IMG/VR virus record: IMGVR_UViG_2895427314_000003
Coordinates: 1 to 64,000 of that record
Length of the DNA: 64,000 nt
From: a virus
Taxonomy: Duplodnaviria > Caudoviricetes
Reading direction: 5' to 3' (one strand)
The notes beneath the pieces are model-generated. The model saw nothing but the letters and a program-made list of their open reading frames with translations, did not search any database and had not been told where the DNA came from. A program made the translations under genes and the position numbers. Shown here piece after piece: positions 17,961-26,955 of this stretch (position 1 is its first letter; each line of letters starts with the position of its first letter).

Positions 17961-20481
17961 CCAGTCGTACACCGACTTCCTCGCGGGCAAGGCCTCGCTC
18001 GCCGAGCCTGCCGGGTTCACCACGGAGCCTGTCGAGGTGCACCCAATCTTGAAGCCTCACCAGCGGGACATTGTGGTGTGGGCGGTCCGAGGTGGCAGGC
18101 GGGCGGTGTTCGCCGCATTCGGACTCGGCAAGTCCGTGATGCAGTTGGAAATCCTGCGCCTCACGCTCGCCCACTCCGGTGGCGCACGCGCCCTCATCGT
18201 CTGCCCGCTCGGTGTGCGAGGCGAGTTCATCCGGGACGCCGCGATGCTCGGCCTCACCGTGACGTTCGTCCGCGCCTCCGGCCAGGTGAACGGGCCGGGC
18301 CTGTACGTCACGAACTACGAGAGCGTGCGGGACGGGAAGCTTGACCCGAACCTGTTCGACGCCGTCAGCTTGGACGAGGCGTCGGTGCTGCGCTCGTTCG
18401 GCTCCAAGACGTACCAGACGTTTCTGTCCCTGTTCGGCGATGTCCCTTACCGGTTTCTGGCGACCGCCACGCCGGCGCCGAACCGGTACAAGGAGCTCAT
18501 CCACTACGCCGGGTTCCTCGGGGTCATGGACACCGGGCAGGCCTTGACGCGCTTCTTTCAGCGCGACTCGACCAAGGCGAACAACCTGACCTTGTACCCG
18601 CACAAAGAGCGCGAGTTCTGGCTGTGGCTCAACACGTGGGCGGTGTTCCTACAGAGTCCTTCCGATCTCGGCTACGACGACACCGGATATGACTTGCCGC
18701 CGATCGAGGTCCGGCACCACGAGGTGGCGGTGGATCACTCTGACGCGCCGGTCGACCGGGACGGACAGGCCGCGTTGTTCCGCGGTGGCGCGCTTGGTGT
18801 CGAGGATGTGGCGCGGGAGAAGAGGGACACGCTCCCGGCCCGGATCGACCAGCTCATGTCCATCGTGGGCGCCCACGTCGCCGACCACCCGGGTGACCAG
18901 ATCATCATCTGGTGCGACCTGAACGCCGAACAGGACGCCATCGAGCGCGCTCTCGCCGCCGCAGGCCTGACCTACTCCTCCGTTCACGGGTCTCTCCCGC
19001 TGGAGGAGGCCGAGAGACGGCTGCAGCAGTGGCGCGACCGGGAGACATACGCCTTGATCGGCAAGCCGGTGATGCTCGGCCAGGGCATGAACCTGCAGCA
19101 GTGCTGCACGGCCGTGTTCGTCGGCGTCACCTACAAGTTCAACGACCTGATTCAGGCCGTCCACCGCATCCAGCGCTACGGACAGACCCGCACCTGCTAC
19201 GCGCACATCATCCATGCCGAGTCCGAGCGTGAGGTCGTCCGCACCTTGCAGGAGAAGTGGGCCCGACACAAGGAACTGACCTCGACCATGAGCGACATCA
19301 TTCGCGAGCACGGCCTGTCGAGTGCCAGCATCGCCGCCGAGCTTGTCCGCTCCATGGGAGTGGAGCGGATCGAGGCGAGCGGCAACGGCTGGCTGGTGGC
19401 CAACAACGACTGTGTGCTGGAGACGCAGGCGATGGAGGCCGACAGCGTCGACCTGATCGTCACGAGCATCCCGTTTTCGAACCACTACGAGTACACGCCG
19501 AGCTACAACGACTTCGGGCACACCGACAACAACGATCACTTCTGGGCCCAGATGGACTTCCTGACGCCCGAGCTGTTGCGGGTGTTGCGGCCAGGCCGGG
19601 TCTACGCCTGTCACGTCAAGGACCGCATTCTGTTCGGAGCGGTGACCGGCGCCGGCGTGCCCACCGTCTCCCCCTTCCATGCCGAGGCACTGATGCATGG
19701 CCGCCGCCATGGGTTCGACTACATGGGCATGATCACGGTGGTGACGGACGTGGTCCGAGAGAACAACCAGACGTACAGGCTCGGCTGGTCTGAGCAGTGC
19801 AAGGACGGCACCAAGATGGGCGCCGGGTCCCCCGAGTACATCCTGCTGTTCCACAAGCCGCAGACCGACCGTAGCCGCGGCTACGCCGATGTCCCCGTTG
19901 TGAAGGATAAGGCCTCTTACACGCGGGCCCGGTGGCAGGTGGACGCGCACGCCTTCTGGAGGTCGTCCGGTAACCGGCCGCTCACCCCGGAGGAGTTGGC
20001 GGCGCTCCCGCCCGACCAGATGTCACGGCTGTTCACGGAGAACACGCTGCGCCAGGTGTACGACTACGAGGCGCACGTCCGCATCGGCGAGGCGTTGGAG
20101 GGGCGGGGCGCGCTCCCAGCGACGTTCATGAGCCTCGCCCCTGGCTCGCACCACCCGGAGGTCTGGCACGACGTCAACCGGATGCTCACGCTCAACACCG
20201 AGCAGTCCAGGCGGCGCCAGCAGCTCCACGTATGCCCTCTCCAGTGGGACATCGTGGACCGGCTCATCACCCGGTTCAGCAACCCGGACGAGCTCGTTTA
20301 TGACCCGTTCGGAGGTCTGTTCACGGTGCCCGTTCGGGCGCTCCATCTTGGTCGGCGCGGCCGAGCCGCGGAACTCAACACCAGCTACTTCCTCGACGGC
20401 ATCAAGTATCTCCAGGCGCAAGAGCGGAAGGCCGACATGCCCGGACTCTTCGATTTGATCGAGGTGGCCGATGCGTCCTGA
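17950..20481 (+). CDS. SNF2-like helicase fused to a beta-class N4/N6 DNA methyltransferase
   Basis: FGLGKS, LDEAS, ATATPAPN and QAVHRIQRYGQ helicase motifs, then IVTSIPF and VYDPFGG methyltransferase motifs. Confidence 0.88.
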   Translation: MMPSQSYTDFLAGKASLAEPAGFTTEPVEVHPILKPHQRDIVVWAVRGGRRAVFAAFGLGKSVMQLEILRLTLAHSGGARALIVCPLGVRGEFIRDAAMLGLTVTFVRASGQVNGPGLYVTNYESVRDGKLDPNLFDAVSLDEASVLRSFGSKTYQTFLSLFGDVPYRFLATATPAPNRYKELIHYAGFLGVMDTGQALTRFFQRDSTKANNLTLYPHKEREFWLWLNTWAVFLQSPSDLGYDDTGYDLPPIEVRHHEVAVDHSDAPVDRDGQAALFRGGALGVEDVAREKRDTLPARIDQLMSIVGAHVADHPGDQIIIWCDLNAEQDAIERALAAAGLTYSSVHGSLPLEEAERRLQQWRDRETYALIGKPVMLGQGMNLQQCCTAVFVGVTYKFNDLIQAVHRIQRYGQTRTCYAHIIHAESEREVVRTLQEKWARHKELTSTMSDIIREHGLSSASIAAELVRSMGVERIEASGNGWLVANNDCVLETQAMEADSVDLIVTSIPFSNHYEYTPSYNDFGHTDNNDHFWAQMDFLTPELLRVLRPGRVYACHVKDRILFGAVTGAGVPTVSPFHAEALMHGRRHGFDYMGMITVVTDVVRENNQTYRLGWSEQCKDGTKMGAGSPEYILLFHKPQTDRSRGYADVPVVKDKASYTRARWQVDAHAFWRSSGNRPLTPEELAALPPDQMSRLFTENTLRQVYDYEAHVRIGEALEGRGALPATFMSLAPGSHHPEVWHDVNRMLTLNTEQSRRRQQLHVCPLQWDIVDRLITRFSNPDELVYDPFGGLFTVPVRALHLGRRGRAAELNTSYFLDGIKYLQAQERKADMPGLFDLIEVADAS

Positions 20482-20698
20482 CCTGACTCCTGATGCGGCG
20501 CAGGCCCGCATGGACGACCTAGCCCTGGACCGCTTCTACCGGTGGCTGGACCGCATCGCCCCACACCCCGGCTGCTGGGAGAAGGCCGCAGCCGACGCGT
20601 CGGCGCCCCCGGAACTGTCCGAGCTGGTTCGGATGATGCGCGACTACACCGACGTCGGTACCCGTGCAAGCACCAAAGAGGAGGAGACTCGTGCCTAG
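20471..20698 (+). CDS. Hypothetical protein
   Basis: Overlap chain. Confidence 0.6.
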   Translation: MRPDLTPDAAQARMDDLALDRFYRWLDRIAPHPGCWEKAAADASAPPELSELVRMMRDYTDVGTRASTKEEETRA

Positions 20699-20987
20699 CG
20701 CCCGGATCCCAGAGAAGACCGGCAACGGCAGCGGCTGGCGCCAGCGGGCTGCCTGCCGCGACATGGACGCAGAGACGTTCTTCCCGGTCGGGAACACCGG
20801 TTATGCACTCATTCAGGCAGCGGAGGCCAAGCAGGTCTGCGGGTCGTGTTCAGTCGTCGCGGCGTGCCTGGATTGGGCGCTGACCATGGGCGAAACCGGT
20901 ATTTGGGGCGGCAAGACGGAGGAGGAACGCAAGTCCCTCAAGCGAAGCCTTCAGCGTCGTGCCCGCGCTGAGACGGCGGTGGTGTGA
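20691..20987 (+). CDS. whiB: WhiB-family Fe-S transcription factor
   Basis: WRQRAACR..D.ETFFP, AKQVCGSC.V..AC and GIWGG motifs. Confidence 0.93.
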   Translation: MPSARIPEKTGNGSGWRQRAACRDMDAETFFPVGNTGYALIQAAEAKQVCGSCSVVAACLDWALTMGETGIWGGKTEEERKSLKRSLQRRARAETAVV

Positions 20988-21340
20988 TGGCCGAGCACCC
21001 GCACGGCAGCGCCCACCGCTACCGGTCTGGCGGTTGCCGCTGCCCGCGCTGCACCGCGGCGCACGCCCGCGCGCAGAACGTCTACCGGCTCGCTGTCAAG
21101 ACGGGTGACCATCGCCCGGACGCGGAGGCGGAGAAGGTCCGCAGGCACGTGCAGACGCTCAGGGACGCCGGGATGAGCCTGCGGCAGATCGCCATCGCGG
21201 CGGGCGTGTCGAAGGGTGTCGTGGACGCCCTCATCTACGGCGTCCCCTCGCAGGGGCGCCGCCGCTCCAGCCGGATCAGGCCTGCCAACGCCGACAAGCT
21301 GCTCGCGGTCCAGCCGCGCCAGCAGGCCGGGGCGGCGTGA
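20984..21340 (+). CDS. Zn-motif plus HTH DNA-binding protein
   Basis: HGSAHRY...CRCPRC followed by GMSLRQIAIAAGVSKGVV HTH. Confidence 0.8.
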   Translation: MMAEHPHGSAHRYRSGGCRCPRCTAAHARAQNVYRLAVKTGDHRPDAEAEKVRRHVQTLRDAGMSLRQIAIAAGVSKGVVDALIYGVPSQGRRRSSRIRPANADKLLAVQPRQQAGAA

Positions 21341-21999
21341 TGGGCGAGGTCCGTCACGGCACGATCCGCCGCTACAACGCCTACCGCTGCCGCTGTACGC
21401 CGTGCAGGGCGGCCAAGAGCCGTTACGACGTCAACCGGCGCCGCCTCATGGCGTACGGGCGGTGGACGGCGTACGGCGATGCCGGGTTCGTCCGTGCGCA
21501 CGTGGCCGGGCTGATGGCCCGCGGGCTCAGCCCCACGGCGATCGCGGACCTGGCGGGCGTCCACGCCGAGTGCGTGCTGCAGGTGCTCAACGAGCAGCAT
21601 GTGCGCGGCCCGCTCGACATCAACGCCCGCTCACTCCTGGCGGTCTCGTTCGACCTCGACGCGATCCCGGACCGGGTGCTGATCGACGCCACGGGCACCC
21701 GCCGCCGCGTTCAGGCGCTCGTCGCCATCGGGTATTCGCTGAGCGCCCAGTGCGCCCTGCTGGGACGCACGGTCAACAACTACTACAAGGTGCTGCGCAA
21801 CCCGCGCGTGTTCGCCGAGACGGCCCGCGCGGTCCGCGACCTGTATCGGGAGTTGTCGAGGACGCCGGCCCCGCCCTCGCGCGGCGCCAAGCTGGCCTGC
21901 CGTCGCGCTGCCCGTAACGGGTGGCTGTCACCGCTGGCGTGGGACGACATCGACGACCCCAACGAGAAGCCCAAGGGTGTCCGCCGGGAGGCGTCATGA
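21337..21999 (+). CDS. Zn-motif plus HTH DNA-binding protein
   Basis: HGTIRRY...CRCTPC, GLSPTAIADLAGV HTH, TGTRRRVQAL..IGYS second domain. Confidence 0.8.
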   Translation: MMGEVRHGTIRRYNAYRCRCTPCRAAKSRYDVNRRRLMAYGRWTAYGDAGFVRAHVAGLMARGLSPTAIADLAGVHAECVLQVLNEQHVRGPLDINARSLLAVSFDLDAIPDRVLIDATGTRRRVQALVAIGYSLSAQCALLGRTVNNYYKVLRNPRVFAETARAVRDLYRELSRTPAPPSRGAKLACRRAARNGWLSPLAWDDIDDPNEKPKGVRREAS

Positions 22000-22025
22000 C
22001 TTCTGGGGCTCGGGTAGCCAGCAGC

Positions 22026-22271
22026 TCAGGAGTCGGAGGACTCGGAAGGCGCGATGCCGGCGTTTCGGGCGGCCACCTGGAAGCGCCGGACCTGCTCGCG
22101 AGTGATCTTCAACTCGGTGGCGATGTCCTTCTGCTCAACGCCCCCAGCGCGGGCCAGGAGGATCTCTCGCCCAAGCTCGGCTTGCGCGTCGGCGATGAGC
22201 TGCTTGGCGCGGGCCTTGGCTTCCTCAAGTGCGGCGTTCGCGGTTCGGATGCCGGTCATGGGGTCGGACAC
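22026..22271 (-). CDS. Small HTH regulator, reverse orientation
   Basis: GVEQKDIATELKITREQVRR HTH; GGAAAGG RBS. Confidence 0.75.
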   Translation of the reverse strand: MSDPMTGIRTANAALEEAKARAKQLIADAQAELGREILLARAGGVEQKDIATELKITREQVRRFQVAARNAGIAPSESSDS

Positions 22272-22406
22272 CTTTCCATGGTCGCACCTCTAATGAGGCC
22301 AATATATCAGAGGCCCCAAGCCGTGAAGCCTCAAACATGTATGCCAACAAGTGTGTGGCATATAGTGGACGGGTCGGGCGTTGCCCCAGTGACCCCAGGA
22401 GTGCCG

Positions 22407-23306
22407 ATGGCCGTCGGTAAGCGTCTCAGGTTCCAGATCTTCCGCCGCGACAACTTCGCCTGCCGCTACTGCGGACTGGCGGCAAAGGATGGGGCGGTCC
22501 TTGAAGTCGATCACATGACCCCCAGGTCCGATGGCGGCCGAGATGTACCCACGAACCTGATCACGGCATGCGAGGACTGCAACTCAGGCAAGAGCGATAT
22601 CGCCTTGGAGTCCGCCGTTGTCGAGGACGTTCCTCAGGCCGACCTGGACGCCGCCATCGCTGCTCGCGCACTCGCGGCCGAAGAAGGCGACGAGGAAGAA
22701 CTGGCGGAGTGGGTGCACGACTTAGAGATCGCTTCTGCCGTCAGGTGGTATTCGGGCTTCGGCCGGAACCTTCCCCACCCGTTGGAGAGTGGCGCCTGGC
22801 TGGTGTCGTTCACCACCGCCGTAGCGACCGGCCGAAAGGCCGAAGACATCCTCGCTGCTTGCGAAGCTGCAGGAGAAGCCCGCAAGCCTGAACTCGCGGT
22901 GTTCCTCCCCCCGGCAGGTGCCGATCGTGGAACGTCCGAGGAGGAGGCCGACGCGATCATTGCTCACGCCTATCTCGCCGGCTTCACCCCTCCAGAGCGA
23001 GTCAAGCTGCTCTGGGCCGCTCGACGGGACATCGGCGACCGCTGGCCGTCCGAACGCGAATTGATCACGGCTGCTGCTAGCAAGGGGCGGTTTGTTATCG
23101 AGGAGTTCGGCCGCGACAAAGAAGCGCTCCTGGCATGGCTGCAACGCCTTCCTGGCGACGAAGGATCCCTTGCGTTGGTGAAGGCGACCGCCGAGTGGGA
23201 TGCCGCCTGCAAAGGACATCGCCGAACTTCTGCCTACGAGTGCCCTGATGAGGTGCTCGAAATCGCGGTCAGTCACACGCTTGGTGCGACGGTGCCCCAT
23301 GCCTAG
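22407..23306 (+). CDS. HNH endonuclease (McrA-like N-terminus)
   Basis: RLRFQIFRRDNFACRYCG...LEVDHMTP...GG....NLITACEDCNSGKS. Confidence 0.9.
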   Translation: MAVGKRLRFQIFRRDNFACRYCGLAAKDGAVLEVDHMTPRSDGGRDVPTNLITACEDCNSGKSDIALESAVVEDVPQADLDAAIAARALAAEEGDEEELAEWVHDLEIASAVRWYSGFGRNLPHPLESGAWLVSFTTAVATGRKAEDILAACEAAGEARKPELAVFLPPAGADRGTSEEEADAIIAHAYLAGFTPPERVKLLWAARRDIGDRWPSERELITAAASKGRFVIEEFGRDKEALLAWLQRLPGDEGSLALVKATAEWDAACKGHRRTSAYECPDEVLEIAVSHTLGATVPHA

Positions 23307-23370
23307 TCGTCGAAGACAGGGCCTGCTCCGCAGTTCAACCAATCCCTACTGATCCACCTGGAGCAACACC

Positions 23371-24453
23371 TTGCCACGGATGCGCACGCTCAAGCCGGAA
23401 GCGTTCAGTTCGGAGACCCTCACCGAGGTCTCCGTACATGCACGCTGGAACTTTGCCGGCTTGTGGACTTACGCCGACGACGAGGGACGCGGCCGGGCCG
23501 AAGTGCGACTCATAAAAGCCGCCGTTTGGCCGCTGGACGACGACGTCACGCCGCGGGAGGTGGCAGCCTTCCTCGACGAACTGGAGGCGGCACACCTGAT
23601 CTGTCGATACGAGAGCGGCGGCAAGCAGTACCTGCACATCGTGAATTTCGCGGAGCACCAGAAGCCGAACCGTCCCGTGGCGAGCAAACTCCCTGAGTGC
23701 CCGAAGGTGACCCACGGAGGGCTCACTGAGGACTCAGTGAGCAGTAACGAAGATGTCATTCGGACCGCGCGCAGCATTGGGCGGGCACTGGACTGCGCCG
23801 ACCTGGGCGCCATGTGGGAAGTTTCCGAGCAAATCTCCGACGCAGCCCTCATTGCCGCAGGTCAAATGGCAATCACTGAGGACTCACTGAGGACTCACGG
23901 AGCCGTTGAGCGGAACTCGTTCACGAACACTCCTACTCCTACTCCTCTCCGTACGGAGGGAGAAGGAGATGTAGATGGAGCGTCGGAAATTGGAGCTGAG
24001 AAGTCTGCGACTTCTCAGGAAACGTCCGAAGCCGACGGCAGCGCCGAAGACGAGGAAGAAGCCGAACCGTCACGCGAGGACGTCGAGCGCCTGTGCAGGC
24101 ACCTGGCTGATCGCATCGTGGCGAACGGGTCCAAGCCCCCCACCGTCGGAAAGCGCTGGAGGAACGCCGCCCGCCTGATGCTCGACAAAGACGGGCGGAC
24201 CGAGGAGCAGATCCACCTCGCCATCGACTGGTGCCAGAACGACGAGTTCTGGCGCTCCAACATCCTCAGCATGCCGACCCTGCGCGACCAGTACGACCGC
24301 CTGCGCCTCCAGGCAAAGAACCAGGTTGGCCGCCGGTCGCAAGCCCCTAGTCAGCGCTCTACGACTGACGAGCGCGTCGCCCAGGCCCAAAGCCTCAAGG
24401 AGCGCTTCCGCTCCGGCATGCCCCCAACGATCCAAGGAGAGATTGCGCAATGA
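23371..24453 (+). CDS. Phage replication initiator (replisome organiser)
   Basis: MPRMRTLKPE..S N-terminus, GLWTYADDEGR, C-terminal IDWCQNDEFWRSNILSMPTLRDQYDRL; internal iterons. Confidence 0.85.
   Translation: MPRMRTLKPEAFSSETLTEVSVHARWNFAGLWTYADDEGRGRAEVRLIKAAVWPLDDDVTPREVAAFLDELEAAHLICRYESGGKQYLHIVNFAEHQKPNRPVASKLPECPKVTHGGLTEDSVSSNEDVIRTARSIGRALDCADLGAMWEVSEQISDAALIAAGQMAITEDSLRTHGAVERNSFTNTPTPTPLRTEGEGDVDGASEIGAEKSATSQETSEADGSAEDEEEAEPSREDVERLCRHLADRIVANGSKPPTVGKRWRNAARLMLDKDGRTEEQIHLAIDWCQNDEFWRSNILSMPTLRDQYDRLRLQAKNQVGRRSQAPSQRSTTDERVAQAQSLKERFRSGMPPTIQGEIAQ
23721..23898. repeat. Iterons, putative phage replication origin
   Basis: Perfect IR GCTCACTGAG-GA-CTCAGTGAGC (23721-42) and tandem TCACTGAGGAC x2 plus TCAC (23873-98). 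Confidence 0.7.
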
Positions 24454-25013
24454 CTCCCGAAGAGGTGATCGACCTGCTCACGACCGCTGCGGCATACGAC
24501 CGGCGCAAGGTCGGTGAGGCTGACGTGGTCGCCTGGCACGCCGCCGTGAAGGACCTGGACTATCTCGACGCCCAGGACGCGGTGATCGCGCACTACACGC
24601 TGACGACGGAGTGGCTGATGCCCGCCCATGTCCGCAAGGGCGTAAAGGACATCAGGGCGGCGAGGCTGGCGCGTGAGCCCGTTCCGGCGCCCCCTGCCGA
24701 ATTGGCTGACAGGCCCCGCGACTACAGGGCGGCGTTCCAGGCCGCGCTGGCGAAGATGGCCCGCGGGTTCGCGCTGCCCAGGCAGATCACGGCCAAGGTG
24801 GAGCCGTCCACGGAGTACCTCGAGATCCGAGGTGTCGACCACGACCCGCTTCGCGTCGCTGCGATCCGCGTGTCGTGCCCATGGCCGCCATGCCGGGCGG
24901 TGCCCGGCGCTGTGTGCGTAGACGCGGATGGCCGCAGGCTGACTGCTCCGGCGCACGAGGCCCGGCTGAAGGCCGCTGGCGTCGGCGACGACGAGCACCG
25001 GGTGTCGGGGTGA
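24450..25013 (+). CDS. Helicase loader/inhibitor-like (G39P-like) protein with C-terminal zinc finger
   Basis: MTPEEVIDLL..AAAYDRR......VVAW; CPWPPC..PG..C; directly after the initiator. Confidence 0.65.
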   Translation: MTPEEVIDLLTTAAAYDRRKVGEADVVAWHAAVKDLDYLDAQDAVIAHYTLTTEWLMPAHVRKGVKDIRAARLAREPVPAPPAELADRPRDYRAAFQAALAKMARGFALPRQITAKVEPSTEYLEIRGVDHDPLRVAAIRVSCPWPPCRAVPGAVCVDADGRRLTAPAHEARLKAAGVGDDEHRVSG

Positions 25014-25019
25014 GGTGCC

Positions 25020-25301
25020 GTGACCACCGCCGACCTACGCGACCTGGACGAGGCGACAAGGGCTGCTGTCGCTGCCCTGGCGCACAGGGTCCGGGAGCGG
25101 GAAGCCCTCGCTGAACGCCCCGACGCCGAACTGTTCGCTGGTGAGTTCATGACCGCGCTCCGCGGGCAGGGCTGGCGGCCGACCGCGGCCCGGCCTGCGC
25201 GACCGTGGCAGCAGCAGATCGGCCCTCCGCCCCGCCCGGAGATCGCCCACCGCGGCGCCGAACTCGCCCGGCGAGCCATGGCAGGCGAGGAGGTGCCGTG
25301 A
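25020..25301 (+). CDS. Hypothetical protein
   Basis: GAGGTG RBS. Confidence 0.7.
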   Translation: MTTADLRDLDEATRAAVAALAHRVREREALAERPDAELFAGEFMTALRGQGWRPTAARPARPWQQQIGPPPRPEIAHRGAELARRAMAGEEVP

Positions 25302-25504
25302 ACCCGGAGTTGGAAGCCCGCCTGTGGTCGCTGGAAGCGGAGCGGCTGCGCCCTGTCCCGCCGAAGCCGCCTACGACCGGGATGGACCGGCGGGCGATCG
25401 AGAGGGTCATCGACTCTCTGGTGGCGCTCGGCCTGGACGACGAAGACGAGGCGCCCGACTCTGACCAGGACGTTCACGACGGCCCGAGGGAGAACCCGCA
25501 ATGA
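25298..25504 (+). CDS. Hypothetical protein
   Basis: Overlap chain. Confidence 0.6.
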   Translation: MNPELEARLWSLEAERLRPVPPKPPTTGMDRRAIERVIDSLVALGLDDEDEAPDSDQDVHDGPRENPQ

Positions 25505-25806
25505 CGTGCATCGCGTTCGGTCACGACGACGCGCAGGAGGCGCTCCGCCAGTTCCTGTCAGGTGACGACAACGGCAGGTGGTGTACCGGCCGGCGGATCG
25601 CCCGCTACATCGCCCGCCCAGACGATCGAGGTCTGGCGGCCGTGATCGTGGACCCGGGCGAGTACGAGGACCTCCAGGAGGCGCAGGCGGCGCTGAACGC
25701 GATGCGGCAGGTGCTCGGCCGCTACCCCGAAACCGACGTCGGCGAGCCCGCCTCTCCCGTCCCCGTCCCGACACTCACCGAGCCTGAGGAGGCCCGTAAG
25801 CCATGA
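25501..25806 (+). CDS. Hypothetical protein
   Basis: Overlap chain. Confidence 0.65.
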   Translation: MTCIAFGHDDAQEALRQFLSGDDNGRWCTGRRIARYIARPDDRGLAAVIVDPGEYEDLQEAQAALNAMRQVLGRYPETDVGEPASPVPVPTLTEPEEARKP

Positions 25807-26306
25807 GTGACACCAAGACCGAGATCCGCGTCCCGTGCGGCAACGAGGACCACGACGAGCCCACCCCGGCGGTCGCTCGCCTGTCGTGGCCGGACGGCCG
25901 CTTCCGGCCGGTGCTCGCCTGCCAGGAGGACTTCGAGGAGGCGCTGGCGCAGCAGGCCGAGGAGCGGCTGACGCTTCTGATCGAGCCGATCAAGCCTGAG
26001 GGTGAGCGTAAGGGCCCGAAGGACTACACCGAGGCGATCCGGCAGGTGGAGCGCGCCTTCCGATACGCCTACGCCGAGCCGGTGAAGGCGATCCTGCTGG
26101 AGGCTCCCGACAAGCCGTGCCTGGAGGAGCTTCCTGAGACGCTGGAGGAGCGGCAGAAGCTTCCGGCCCGCTTCCACACCCCGCACTGGCTGGGCGACTG
26201 CATCCCGAAGGCGTGGGTGTGCAACGTCTGCTGGGACGAGGGCTCGGTGACGCGGTGGCCGTGCAAGGCCGCTGCTGAGTTCGGGGGCGAGGTGTTCGCC
26301 CGATGA
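25803..26306 (+). CDS. Hypothetical Cys/His-containing protein
   Basis: Overlap chain; C-terminal H.P...C.VC....WPC motif. Confidence 0.7.
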   Translation: MSDTKTEIRVPCGNEDHDEPTPAVARLSWPDGRFRPVLACQEDFEEALAQQAEERLTLLIEPIKPEGERKGPKDYTEAIRQVERAFRYAYAEPVKAILLEAPDKPCLEELPETLEERQKLPARFHTPHWLGDCIPKAWVCNVCWDEGSVTRWPCKAAAEFGGEVFAR

Positions 26307-26590
26307 GCACCGAGACCGCGCTGTCCGTGGAAGCCGAAGTCCGAGCCGCTGCCGTCAAGATCCGCACCGACAAGGGCCACCCGAACGGCGAACTCGTCGC
26401 TGAACTGCTGGACCACCTCGCGTTCGAGATGGAGTGCGAGGACGCCGAAGAGCAGGATTTTCCCGAGCATGTTCCGCAGTGGCGGCGGATGGTGGTCGAC
26501 CACCGGGGAGAGGGCAGCTTCGCGTGGACGACCGCGCTGGTGCTCGCCCGGGTCGTCAACGGGACAGGGCAGGAGGTGGCCTCGCGATGA
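26303..26590 (+). CDS. Hypothetical protein
   Basis: Overlap chain. Confidence 0.7.
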   Translation: MSTETALSVEAEVRAAAVKIRTDKGHPNGELVAELLDHLAFEMECEDAEEQDFPEHVPQWRRMVVDHRGEGSFAWTTALVLARVVNGTGQEVASR

Positions 26591-26955
26591 GTCCCGTAGA
26601 CGTGTGCGGAGCGGTGAGCGAGCACGGGGACGTGTGCGGCCTCCCGCCCCACCGCACGGGCCTCTGCCGGTCGAACGGTCCTCGCAAGCATGTGTCCTCG
26701 CCAGAGAAGGCGTCCAAGCCGTGGCGCTGGTACAAGAACGCCGCCGTCGCCTGGAACACGGTTCACCCGGTCGGCACGCCGGTCCTGGCATGGCCAGGCG
26801 CCCGCGACGACGAGCCGCTGGTGACCCGTACCCGGACGCCAGCGTGGACGCTCGGCCACGGTGCTGCCGTGGTGTCGGTCGAAGGCCGGTCGGGCGGTAT
26901 CGCCCTCACCCACATCGAGCCCGTCGAAGCTTCCGAGGAAGTGGTCTCCCGATGA
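26587..26955 (+). CDS. Hypothetical protein (SH3-like C-terminus WN..HPVGTPV)
   Basis: Overlap chain. Confidence 0.7.
   Translation: MSPVDVCGAVSEHGDVCGLPPHRTGLCRSNGPRKHVSSPEKASKPWRWYKNAAVAWNTVHPVGTPVLAWPGARDDEPLVTRTRTPAWTLGHGAAVVSVEGRSGGIALTHIEPVEASEEVVSR

Noticed and set aside
21921-22406. 5' extension of the HNH ORF (461-aa track call)
   Set aside because: Spans the reverse HTH gene and its promoter; the HNH-like sequence begins at ATG 22407
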